Source: Ruminococcus albus 7 = DSM 20455
Lineage (GTDB): Bacteria > Bacillota > Clostridia > Oscillospirales > Ruminococcaceae
Direction: 5' to 3'
Assembly: GCF_000179635.2 (NCBI RefSeq)
Contig: NC_014833.1
Coordinates: forward strand, 1,380,001-1,412,000
Length of the DNA: 32,000 nt
The position numbers and the translations under genes were made by a program. Under the pieces are notes generated by a model. The model was not told where the DNA came from and did no database searches. It saw only the letters and a list, made by a program, of their open reading frames with translations. Positions 16,166 to 24,908 of the stretch are shown here, piece after piece (position 1 is the first letter of the stretch; each line of letters opens with the position of its first letter).

Positions 16166-19100
16166 TCAGAATTCCACGACCTGATCAATCTCCGCCATAA
16201 GCTCCTCGGTGAGCCTGAGAGCTGCAATGATCTTCTTGTAATGCTCGATGTCCTCAGCGGAGAGCGTAGTCTTCTTGCGGTCTTTGAGCCACTTCTGCAA
16301 CGGCTGATAGCCGCCTATGTACTGCTCCCACTGTGCCTGCGGAACATTATCGAAATACTGTGTTTTGCTGATGTACACCCTGCCGTTCTTGTATTCGGGC
16401 TTTACGACTTCGTTAGTGCCGTCACCGACAAAGCTGTAAGCTGCGGTATCGAACTCGGTCTGCATCAGGTGGCATTTTCTCAGCTTGCCGCCAATCTCTA
16501 CCAGTTTCCAGAAGGTTTCCTGATCTGTCGGATACGGTACACGAGGAAAGTCGATTTTCAGGAACTCCTTGTATTTATCACGATATTTCGGAGAGTAAAG
16601 AACCGCATAGATATAGTCGAACAGTTGTAAAGCCATTCCGTCGGAATAAATAATTTCAATAGGTTTCAATAATTGACGAGCTAACTCTTCATTAATATTG
16701 ATTGTACTGCGACCATATTCTGGGTAATATAAATACAAAGGAAGCACAGTACCTCCACCTCTCCGATAAATATTCTGATCACTTATAATATTAGAAACAA
16801 AAACAGTGTCCCAATAATTTAGATTTGCAGCCCCTCCTTGTCTACATATTATTAAACTATAGTTATTCTTATTATTTATATGAGAAAACACTTTTGTATT
16901 CGGACGAGCTAAGACGTTATCATAATATAATATTTTACGAAAATCAAACGGACGGTAAAGGATTTCAGATATATAATCTTTTACATCACATTTTTGTAAA
17001 GACATACGTGCTGATAATGCATTCCATTTATCATTGTCTTTTATTGGTATCCCGAAATAATTGCAGACTGAATTTAACTCATTATCAGGATCAGCAAAAT
17101 ATTTGATTTTTTCAATTAATTCGTTTTCGGTATAATCTACAACAAGAGAATCTCTTTTAGTAAGAACGCCCAATGTGCCTAAAACGAACAAATCTCTAAC
17201 TGATACCCCATCAGAATACTTTTTCTGTATTGGATTATCCATATAGAAGAAAGGATAGTTTGGTGCTACAATAGGAGTCAAGTTCCATTTGATTTCAGCT
17301 AAGGCGGAACTATTTAACATTGTATATTTATCTTGTCTGCTTCCATAATAATCATAGTATCTTATAATTGGTTCTTTATAACTATTAGAATACGATTTCA
17401 CTAAAATTAGAATTGAAACGCCTTGTTGAATATCAAAAACATTCTCATCTTTACTTCCGTCTGGAGCTACCTCCTTTTTTTTGGCATTGCCATGTAAATT
17501 CAAAACAAATAGTTTGTTATATGTTTGCAATAGATTCCATCGCATTCCTCGGAAAGTTGGATTATCGATATATCCGTGCGGACATATATATGCCATTATT
17601 CCGTATCCTGACTTTTCTATAAACAGCTGAGCATATCTTAAAAATTTTACATAATCATCATTAATCCACTTATAGTTTTGTTCTTGTAGTTTTATTCTTC
17701 CGCCAGGCTCTTTCTTGTAATCTTCCATTAAATCCATTATCCATTTGCCTTTATTGGCACTTTCTCCGGAATACGGCGGATTACCAATAATCACATTAAT
17801 TCCGTTATTCTTCTTCGCCTGATTCGCCTCAATGGACTCAAACGCCAGCGGATCATTGTCAAACAGCGTCATCTGAAAATCGTCCTTGCCTGCTTCTTCC
17901 AGCGAATTGGTCAGGAACACATTCAGTCGGTGATCGCCGCCGAAATCATAGCCTGTATCTTTCAGCACCATAGCGAGCTTCATGTGAGCTACGGCATAGG
18001 GAGCCATCATCAGCTCAAAGCCATTCAGACGGGGCAGCAGGTGCTTCGGGACATACTCATTCCATGCCTTTCTGATCTGCTCCTCGCTCTCGCCCTTGTG
18101 CTTGGCTCTGAAATTATCATATATTTGCAGAATGGTCTGACGCAGGAATGTTCCCGTTCCTGTTGCGGGATCGAGTATCTGAACAGCAGGTACTTCCTTT
18201 GTGTCCTCGGTCATGCCCTGACCTCTGATCTTTTCACGCATATACTTCACAGTCTTGGTTTCTTCCGATGCCAGACCGTCCGCAAGCCCGAACTCCGTTT
18301 TCAGAATACTGTCAACTGCTCTGACAATGAAATTGACAACAGGCTGTGGCGTATAGTAAACACCCCTCTGCACCTTCTGTGCCTTGTCATATGCGGTCAG
18401 GAATTCCTCATAGAAATGAATAACAGGGTCTTCACGGCCGCCGCCCGTCTGACGGTTGAAATCGGCAAGTATCAGGTCGGTGTTCGTGTGCGTGAGTATT
18501 TCAACAACATTCGCAACTTCCAGTTCGTCAAAGGTCAGGTGACGCTCACTGCCCTCGCCCAGACATTCCTCCATGAGCCTTTTCAGGAACGGGTTGGTGT
18601 TCGGAATGCAGGCGATCGCTTCTTTCACATTGAAGCTATCCTGCGTCTTGTCCATGCATCTTGCCGAGAATAAGCCGTAAACAACGGTCTGAGCGTACAT
18701 ATCTGCAAACTGCTGCTTTGTCATATCGTGAATAAGGTTATCCTTAAAATCCTTGAACAGCTTATGCACATATCCGTCATGCGTTTCAACAGCATATATG
18801 TCGAGAATACGGTCACGGATAGCCTGAGCCTCAGCCGCCAGCTTGACCGTAAGCGAAGCAGAGTCCCTGATAACCTGATGATATGCCGTTACAAATGCCG
18901 CCGACCACTGATCGTACCATGCCTGTGTGTCAGTAACATCTTTCACCCATGACAGGTGACTAATACGTTCCTCAAAAGTGCGTATCTGTGTGAAGTCCTC
19001 AACCGCAGGCGCACAGGAGATCATTTTTATTTGCGGAAGTCCTGCATCCTTATCCTCAAAATGTGCGATACCGATGGTTCGGTTATTATCCGTCCCCCAG

Positions 19101-19447
19101 AAACAAAGGAACAGAAGGTCTTTCTGCGACCATACAGCGTGTTCAGCGGCATTTCTTCTCTTGGGGATAAGTCCTGACAGTATCTTGCGGAGTGCTGACA
19201 CTTCAAACTTGTTGCTGTCGAACTCTACGCAGAAGATGCCCCATTTCTGCTCATCGCAGAGTGGCTGTAACTGCCGTAATGATGAAATCTTAGCAAATGC
19301 CTCTTCTTTCAGTCCGATGTCCGATGCATCGAAATCGTATGTAATATCGTCGATCTCATCAAAATCATCAAGGTCGATGTTCCAGTTCAGTTCCTCGGTA
19401 AAGTATATGATAAGATCATCTATGCTCTTTATATTTCTGATATCCAT
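16166..19447 (-). CDS. Large gamma-class N6-adenine DNA methyltransferase with Type ISP / MmeI-like C-terminal specificity region
   Basis: 1093 aa. AAGGGG RBS. Motif I ILDPATGTGTFL. Motif IV VIIGNPPYSG. The C-terminal QWEQYIGGYQPLQKWLKDRKKTTLSAEDIEHYKKII matches my memory of the Type ISP C-terminal domain. There is no helicase or obvious nuclease domain in this polypeptide. Confidence 0.85.
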   Translation of the reverse strand: MDIRNIKSIDDLIIYFTEELNWNIDLDDFDEIDDITYDFDASDIGLKEEAFAKISSLRQLQPLCDEQKWGIFCVEFDSNKFEVSALRKILSGLIPKRRNAAEHAVWSQKDLLFLCFWGTDNNRTIGIAHFEDKDAGLPQIKMISCAPAVEDFTQIRTFEERISHLSWVKDVTDTQAWYDQWSAAFVTAYHQVIRDSASLTVKLAAEAQAIRDRILDIYAVETHDGYVHKLFKDFKDNLIHDMTKQQFADMYAQTVVYGLFSARCMDKTQDSFNVKEAIACIPNTNPFLKRLMEECLGEGSERHLTFDELEVANVVEILTHTNTDLILADFNRQTGGGREDPVIHFYEEFLTAYDKAQKVQRGVYYTPQPVVNFIVRAVDSILKTEFGLADGLASEETKTVKYMREKIRGQGMTEDTKEVPAVQILDPATGTGTFLRQTILQIYDNFRAKHKGESEEQIRKAWNEYVPKHLLPRLNGFELMMAPYAVAHMKLAMVLKDTGYDFGGDHRLNVFLTNSLEEAGKDDFQMTLFDNDPLAFESIEANQAKKNNGINVIIGNPPYSGESANKGKWIMDLMEDYKKEPGGRIKLQEQNYKWINDDYVKFLRYAQLFIEKSGYGIMAYICPHGYIDNPTFRGMRWNLLQTYNKLFVLNLHGNAKKKEVAPDGSKDENVFDIQQGVSILILVKSYSNSYKEPIIRYYDYYGSRQDKYTMLNSSALAEIKWNLTPIVAPNYPFFYMDNPIQKKYSDGVSVRDLFVLGTLGVLTKRDSLVVDYTENELIEKIKYFADPDNELNSVCNYFGIPIKDNDKWNALSARMSLQKCDVKDYISEILYRPFDFRKILYYDNVLARPNTKVFSHINNKNNYSLIICRQGGAANLNYWDTVFVSNIISDQNIYRRGGGTVLPLYLYYPEYGRSTININEELARQLLKPIEIIYSDGMALQLFDYIYAVLYSPKYRDKYKEFLKIDFPRVPYPTDQETFWKLVEIGGKLRKCHLMQTEFDTAAYSFVGDGTNEVVKPEYKNGRVYISKTQYFDNVPQAQWEQYIGGYQPLQKWLKDRKKTTLSAEDIEHYKKIIAALRLTEELMAEIDQVVEF

Positions 19448-19457
19448 AATGTACCCC

Positions 19458-22400
19458 TTATATCATCTGAAGCCATGTGACCAACTTGGCTTTTTTGCCC
19501 ATAGGTGCCTGTATCGCTTTCAGATAATTCTTCTTGATGTAGTTTTCTATGACCTTGCGTATCTCGGAGAACTGCCCCTCATTAGCGTTAAAGGCTCTGC
19601 TCTCGTCACGTTCACATTTTATTGCAGTCCATATCTCATGCAGATCTTCTGTGACCTGCTTGCTTTCCGGATCAACAACATACCAACGGTAAATACCATC
19701 GCCGTCCGACCATGAGCCGTCAGCTCTCTTGGTAGGCAGTTCATAGCAGAAGAAGTATCCCTTCCGTGTTGACGCCATTTTACCGCTGTACATCTTTCTT
19801 GGCAGCTCCTTGACCTGTTCAAGATAGTCGGGATTATCTGCTAAGAGCTGCTGATATGCAAGGGCAATTTCTTCCTCTGCGGAAGTACTGCCCTCATAAT
19901 GTGAATTGAATTCTTTCAGTGCTTCGTATTCGTCATCAGGAGTGAGGAGCTTTTCTCCCTCAATGCCGAATGTCTTGGAAATACGGAGCGTTTTCTTTGA
20001 TACGGTCTTATACAGTGACAAAAGATCTTCCAATTCCTTTGGCGGCAGGAAGTTCCAATAATACGCAAAATCACGATCTGCTTTCAGTTCTGGGTGATCT
20101 GCAAGCAGATGGGCTTCGGTATCGGCATCACGGCGTCGGTCTATACGACCTATTCTCTGCATAAGGCGAACAGGGTTCCAGTGAAGCTCATAATTAATAA
20201 GGCACGATGCGTCCTGCAAGTTCAAGCCTTCTGCAAGTACATCTGTTGCGATAAGTATCTTTATCTCGTCCGTTACTTCCGCCGACGAACATCCGTTATA
20301 ATAAGGAGCGAAACGCTGTATCATCTCATGGCGGTCACCGGAAGTCTGCCCGTCGATCTCATAAAGATCGGTAAAACCTGCCTTTTGCAGTTCACGATAG
20401 ATATACTGCGCTGTCGCCTTGTATTCCGTGAAAATGATAACTTTCTTGTTCTGAATGCGTGAATCTTCGTGCAGGATATGCTTTAATTTCCGTATCTTAT
20501 CGTCGTTTTCGGGCTTGAACTCCATCATATCTTCGATGAACTTAGAAAGTGTGTCCATATCCATCATGGTATCAACAAGCAGAGCATTGATATCGAAATC
20601 ATTGACATCAAAGACTTCCTGTGTATTCCACACATAATCGGGCAGGCTGTCCTCAATATCTTCGATAGAGGTCTGATTCAAAGCTGCATATTCCTCGGCG
20701 TACCGTAGAATATCTTCTTGTTCAGCCTGTTTTCTCTCAACACGTCGCTTACTGCTCGCATCAGTATCCTTGTAGTCGTTGAGGAATTTGTTCAGACGGA
20801 TATATATTTTGATACAAGTCTCCTTGAATGCTTCGATAGAACTTTCAAAGCGTTTCAGGAGCAAGATGCGGATAAGATTTACTACCTGCTGTTGACGACC
20901 TGTTACCATTTCGTCCATCTTGGACTTGTCCCCGATGAAATAATCATCGCTGTACGGCGAATAAATGGCAAGGGACAGGATCGTTATCGTTTTTCCGTTC
21001 TTGTCCTTGCGGTCAAAAGACTCCTTGAAGTCCTTTATCAGTCTGCCGTATGACTTTTCGAGGGAGTAGTTCGCAACTGTCGGCGGTTTTCTCTCGGAGA
21101 AAAGGACATTATTACCTTGCTCAGTCAGCAGACTCCGCTTAACGTAGGCACGACTGCGCTGTACAACAAGCTCCGTCACAAGTTTGTCTGCGCGGATAAT
21201 ATCACCGGATATATCAAAAGAATCGCTGATGGCTGTACCCGAAACCTGATCAAGCTGCTTCTCCATTTTTTTGAAATGACCTGAAAGACTATGGATACCC
21301 AACGGAGCAGCGGAGAAATAATCTTCCTGCCTATGAGTGAACAACTCAATAAGATGCTGTAAATCAAGGAAACTGTTATTGATCGGTGTGGCTGTCAGCA
21401 TAAACATCTGCTTTTTACAGCCTGTCTGCATCATATCAAACAGCTTTCTGTATCTGTTGGAGGAACGGTTGCGGAAATGATGTGCTTCATCTATGATAAT
21501 AATTTCCGCCTGCTGTGCGATCTGATTCATTAGATTCTGATTTTTATCAAGCAGCAGGTCGGTATGATTGATGATCTTGAACGGGTAGAAGCCCTCTAAT
21601 ATCTCAGGGATAAGGCGTTTTATAGTTACTTCCCATACGGATACCCTTGCAGATGCAGGAACGATCAGTACGACATTTTTACGCTCCTTCTTTACGAAAC
21701 GCTCTATCAGCATCATGCCGACAAAGGTCTTGCCCAAACCTACACCATCACAAAGAAAAGCACCTGAATAACGCTCTGCTATCTGGATAAGGCTGTTATA
21801 GCCGTCCTTCTGATACTGCGACAAGCCTTTGTATACGACCGATTCGTTTTCTTCCCATTCAGATACTGTTTCCTCATGGCTCTTGAAATACTCATACATT
21901 GAGCGTAGATAAACATCATAAGGACTGAACTCACGGCAGTGCATCTCCATGACCTTTAACACAGCCTCGGTAATATCCGTGCCGTTCTGCCAATGCTCAT
22001 CAAACCACTTCTGAAGCTGTTCAACTTCATCTTTTACCTGAACATTCAGCTCGATATTCTGCGTCAGTCCCGCCTTTGTAAAGTTGCTTGATCCGACCAG
22101 GGCATATCCCGAAGGAACATTCATAGCGGAGATAAACTGATCTCTGTATTCGTCACGGAAATATGTGATATATGCTTTAGCGTGAAATTTATTGCTGTCA
22201 TATACACGGCACTCGATCTTGCCGGACTTCATAGCCTTTATGATAGCCGGAACGCCAATAAGGAATTCATTCTTTTCCTGCTCACGCTCCATACTGTTAC
22301 GGAAACGCTCAATCATAGTCTGTGCTACTTCTTCTATGACATCTTTGGTGCGCTTAGTTACTTCGTTGCCGAGGATAATGCGTATCTTGTCGAGCTTCTG

Positions 22401-22553
22401 CCAATCTTCCCCTAAAGTGAGCAGACCGCCGATCTCGAAGTATCCTGTTGCAATATCCATCTGCTTGGAAATCGAACACCATTCGGAAAGATAATTCTTT
22501 ACAGAAGCCTTTTCGCTGCTGTTGTCAACTATATATAAAGTATCGTGTGCCAT
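19458..22553 (-). CDS. HKD (phospholipase-D family) nuclease domain fused to an SNF2-family SF2 ATPase/translocase
   Basis: I prefer the ATG at 22553 (MAHDTLYIVDNS...), which has an AGGGGGA RBS; the track start is 22613. HKD motif FHAKAYITYF...LVGSSNFTKAGL. SNF2 motifs DGVGLGKTF (I), IIIDEAHHFRN (II), MLTATPINNS (III), LIATDVLAEGLNLQ (V), WNPVRLMQRIGRIDR (VI). The stop is 10 nt before the methyltransferase ATG. Confidence 0.88.
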   Translation of the reverse strand: MAHDTLYIVDNSSEKASVKNYLSEWCSISKQMDIATGYFEIGGLLTLGEDWQKLDKIRIILGNEVTKRTKDVIEEVAQTMIERFRNSMEREQEKNEFLIGVPAIIKAMKSGKIECRVYDSNKFHAKAYITYFRDEYRDQFISAMNVPSGYALVGSSNFTKAGLTQNIELNVQVKDEVEQLQKWFDEHWQNGTDITEAVLKVMEMHCREFSPYDVYLRSMYEYFKSHEETVSEWEENESVVYKGLSQYQKDGYNSLIQIAERYSGAFLCDGVGLGKTFVGMMLIERFVKKERKNVVLIVPASARVSVWEVTIKRLIPEILEGFYPFKIINHTDLLLDKNQNLMNQIAQQAEIIIIDEAHHFRNRSSNRYRKLFDMMQTGCKKQMFMLTATPINNSFLDLQHLIELFTHRQEDYFSAAPLGIHSLSGHFKKMEKQLDQVSGTAISDSFDISGDIIRADKLVTELVVQRSRAYVKRSLLTEQGNNVLFSERKPPTVANYSLEKSYGRLIKDFKESFDRKDKNGKTITILSLAIYSPYSDDYFIGDKSKMDEMVTGRQQQVVNLIRILLLKRFESSIEAFKETCIKIYIRLNKFLNDYKDTDASSKRRVERKQAEQEDILRYAEEYAALNQTSIEDIEDSLPDYVWNTQEVFDVNDFDINALLVDTMMDMDTLSKFIEDMMEFKPENDDKIRKLKHILHEDSRIQNKKVIIFTEYKATAQYIYRELQKAGFTDLYEIDGQTSGDRHEMIQRFAPYYNGCSSAEVTDEIKILIATDVLAEGLNLQDASCLINYELHWNPVRLMQRIGRIDRRRDADTEAHLLADHPELKADRDFAYYWNFLPPKELEDLLSLYKTVSKKTLRISKTFGIEGEKLLTPDDEYEALKEFNSHYEGSTSAEEEIALAYQQLLADNPDYLEQVKELPRKMYSGKMASTRKGYFFCYELPTKRADGSWSDGDGIYRWYVVDPESKQVTEDLHEIWTAIKCERDESRAFNANEGQFSEIRKVIENYIKKNYLKAIQAPMGKKAKLVTWLQMI

Positions 22554-22744
22554 TGCAATCCCCCTGACTATTGCATAATTCATAAAAGGGATCATAATGC
22601 TTTCAGACTGCATACCTGATAAATGCGGTGTTATACTATGTAAAGTATCTGGGGAGAGAGTAGGTTTCTTGAAATAGATACTTTTACGAAATCCGCATAT
22701 TTTAACAGGTATTTGCTTTGAAAGACATAATATCCCATAATGAA

Positions 22745-22773
22745 ATTATACAAGATTTTCCGTAAAATTTCAA
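22745..22773 (-). promoter_or_regulatory. Sigma-A-type promoter for the PLD-SNF2 / methyltransferase operon
   Basis: On the minus strand: TTGAAA (22768-22773), 17-nt spacer, TATAAT (22745-22750). It lies about 190 nt upstream of the ATG at 22553. Confidence 0.55.
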
Positions 22774-22861
22774 GTATCAGGCTGAAAATCGGCGGTTTGT
22801 ATACAAGAGGACTGACTCAGATGTGCAGATTGCTATTCTGAGGGCATTGGAGGGCTACTGA

Positions 22862-23950
22862 ATGGAGAAAACAGGTATAACTATTACAAAGCGTAAAGAT
22901 GGACGGTATGTCGGGAAGTTCATCGCTGAATACGCCGATAACGGCAAAGCGCAGTATCACTATGTCTACGGCAAGACCTATGAAGAAGCCGAAAACAAGG
23001 TGATGATAGGGCGAGAAATTACCACACGCTATCTTTCGGGCAGATATATCAAAGTCGGCAAGGTGTATCGGGAATGGCTGAATGCCGTGGTGAACCGTGT
23101 CAAGGAATCTACGCTTGCCAACTACCGGAACAAGTTTGAAAAGCACATTCTCCTCGAATTCGGAGATATACCCTGTGCCGACCTGACCGCAGGCAGGATA
23201 AACGCATTTATAAACAAAAAGCTCGCAGACGGATTATCTGCAAGCTATGTGAGGGATATATTTACTGTTTTCAAAACGATGCTGAAATATGCACAGGAGG
23301 AATATGGGTTCAGGCTTTCCCTGAAAAATGTCGTTCTTCCTAAAGCCGAAAGAAATCAGGTCGAGAAGATCAGCGATGCAGAGCAGAAAAAGCTCGTTTC
23401 ATATCTGAAAGCCAATATGTCGCTGACTGCTTTCGGTATCCTGCTGTCGCTTTTTATGGGACTGCGTATCGGTGAGCTTTGCGGGCTGAAATGGGAAGAT
23501 GTGGACTTTCGGAACAAGATACTGCATATCCGCAGGACTGTTCAGCGTATCAGTTCTGCCAACGGCAACAGGAAGACAAAGATCGTGATCTCAGCACCGA
23601 AGTCGGCAACATCGTTCAGAGAGATTGCTATCCCCGATATGCTCATGGAATATTTTGAAATGTTCCGTGATGAAGCCGATCATTTCATCTTATCGGGTAC
23701 AGACAAGCCTGTTGAACCCCGCACAATGCAGTACCGCTACAAGAAGATACTGCATACTGCTGATGTGGAAGATCACAACTATCACAAGCTCCGCCACACA
23801 TTTGCGACCAATTCCGCAGAGAAGGGATTCAACGTCAAAGCCCTGTCCGCCGTTCTCGGTCACAGCAGTGTCCCCCTGACACTTAACCGATATATCCACC
23901 CTGACCGCACCTATGAACGCAGGCTGATGAATATGTGTATGCAGTTGTAA
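22862..23950 (+). CDS. Tyrosine site-specific recombinase / integrase
   Basis: 362 aa. GGAGGG RBS 7 nt upstream. Arm-binding-type N-terminus (ITKRKDGRYVGKF). Catalytic-region motifs RIGELCGLKWEDVDF, HKLRHTFAT and LGHSSVPLTLNRYIH. Confidence 0.9.
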   Translation: MEKTGITITKRKDGRYVGKFIAEYADNGKAQYHYVYGKTYEEAENKVMIGREITTRYLSGRYIKVGKVYREWLNAVVNRVKESTLANYRNKFEKHILLEFGDIPCADLTAGRINAFINKKLADGLSASYVRDIFTVFKTMLKYAQEEYGFRLSLKNVVLPKAERNQVEKISDAEQKKLVSYLKANMSLTAFGILLSLFMGLRIGELCGLKWEDVDFRNKILHIRRTVQRISSANGNRKTKIVISAPKSATSFREIAIPDMLMEYFEMFRDEADHFILSGTDKPVEPRTMQYRYKKILHTADVEDHNYHKLRHTFATNSAEKGFNVKALSAVLGHSSVPLTLNRYIHPDRTYERRLMNMCMQL

Positions 23951-24103
23951 ATTGTTGTCAGAACAGTATCTTGACAATTGAATACTGACGGTTTTACGCT
24001 GTTTTTTGAGCTTTATCGTGAATGTATCTATTTCAAGAAATCGGCTTTTCTGTATTATAGAGCAACTGCGCGCAGGTCTTGCGCTGTATGCGCGCTGAAT
24101 ATG

Positions 24104-24137
24104 TGAAAAAAGCTCTCTACGATCATGTGGAGAGCTT
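24104..24137 (-). terminator. Terminator after the mob/SSB-like operon
   Basis: Stem aagctctctac (24110-24120) / gtggagagctt (24127-24137) with 1 mismatch, loop gatcat. U6 tract on the minus strand (plus-strand A-run 24105-24110). Confidence 0.65.
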
Positions 24138-24215
24138 CATAAACGTAATTAAGGCTCCCAGAATACTCTGAGAGCCTTGTTATTTCACATATATAGAAAT
24201 AGATTGCCTGCACTA

Positions 24216-24545
24216 TCAGAAAAGCTGTCCTGAATCAACGTCTACCTTGACTGCAAATCTATTCTGGAAGTGTAGTTCCTCTACGATAATAACTGCGGTA
24301 TTATCAGGAGCCTTCCTGAGCGAGCCTACAAAGGTTATCTGCCCACCTTTTGAGTAGAGAAAACTTACTGATTTAGCGTTGTCATCAAATGCAAGACAGG
24401 TAAACGTGTCTGTCTCAACGGTATCAATGCCATTTCGTTTCGGCTGGTCAACAGCAATACTGAATTTGCAGTAGCTGCAATCCTCCACAGTTACAACGTC
24501 CAAATCGGTGGTGATGCGTCCTGTCATCATGATCTTGTTTAACAT
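24216..24545 (-). CDS. Divergent SSB-like OB-fold protein
   Basis: 109 aa. AAAGGAG RBS. The pattern MLNKIMMTGRITTD..., FSIAVD, TDTFTCLAFDDNAKSV..YSKGGQITFVGSL and VEELHF parallels bacterial SSB N-terminal OB folds. There is no acidic C-terminal tail. Confidence 0.5.
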   Translation of the reverse strand: MLNKIMMTGRITTDLDVVTVEDCSYCKFSIAVDQPKRNGIDTVETDTFTCLAFDDNAKSVSFLYSKGGQITFVGSLRKAPDNTAVIIVEELHFQNRFAVKVDVDSGQLF

Positions 24546-24560
24546 AGTCTACTACTCCTT

Positions 24561-24770
24561 TCAGTCCTCGTCGCTGCACTCGTCCAGCCCGTGCAGGAGC
24601 TGAATATAAACGCATTCAGCTCGTTCATGCTCCTCGCCGTCGGCGGACATCATAAGTTCAAGGAAGTATGCCTTAGCTTGTTCGTAGTCATTCCAGACCT
24701 CACGCTTACCGTTGCATATGGTAGTGACTTTGTTTGATCTCGGCATTGCCAATTCAGGTGTTTTCAACAT
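24561..24770 (-). CDS. Small acidic hypothetical protein
   Basis: The internal ATG at 24770 (MLKTPELAMPRSN...) has a GGAGGTAAC RBS. 69 aa, with the acidic C-terminus DECSDED. Its stop is 15 nt before the SSB-like ATG. Confidence 0.5.
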   Translation of the reverse strand: MLKTPELAMPRSNKVTTICNGKREVWNDYEQAKAYFLELMMSADGEEHERAECVYIQLLHGLDECSDED

Positions 24771-24908
24771 AGCTGTTACCTCCAAAAGTTTTATCGTGAA
24801 TCCATTATAGCGGATAATTATTTCAGAGTCCAGCATATCAGGATAATTGTAATAATCTTTGTGCAGGGCGCAGCAATATTACAATTATCCCCGGTGCAAT
24901 GCGCTGTA

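Noticed and set aside
17930-19715. Long plus-strand ORFs (17930..18673 and 18978..19715) antisense to the methyltransferase and PLD-SNF2 genes
   Set aside because: They have no recognisable motifs or RBSs and straddle a gene boundary. The minus-strand frames carry unambiguous NPPY, DPATGTG and SNF2 motifs. They are typical shadow ORFs in mid-GC coding DNA.
24151-24178. Second hairpin (aaggctc..gagcctt) downstream of the SSB-like gene, as a separate terminator or integrase terminator
   Set aside because: It lacks a clear U-tract on the minus strand and lies 200 nt from the integrase stop on the plus strand. The neighbouring hairpin at 24110-24137 with U6 explains termination better.
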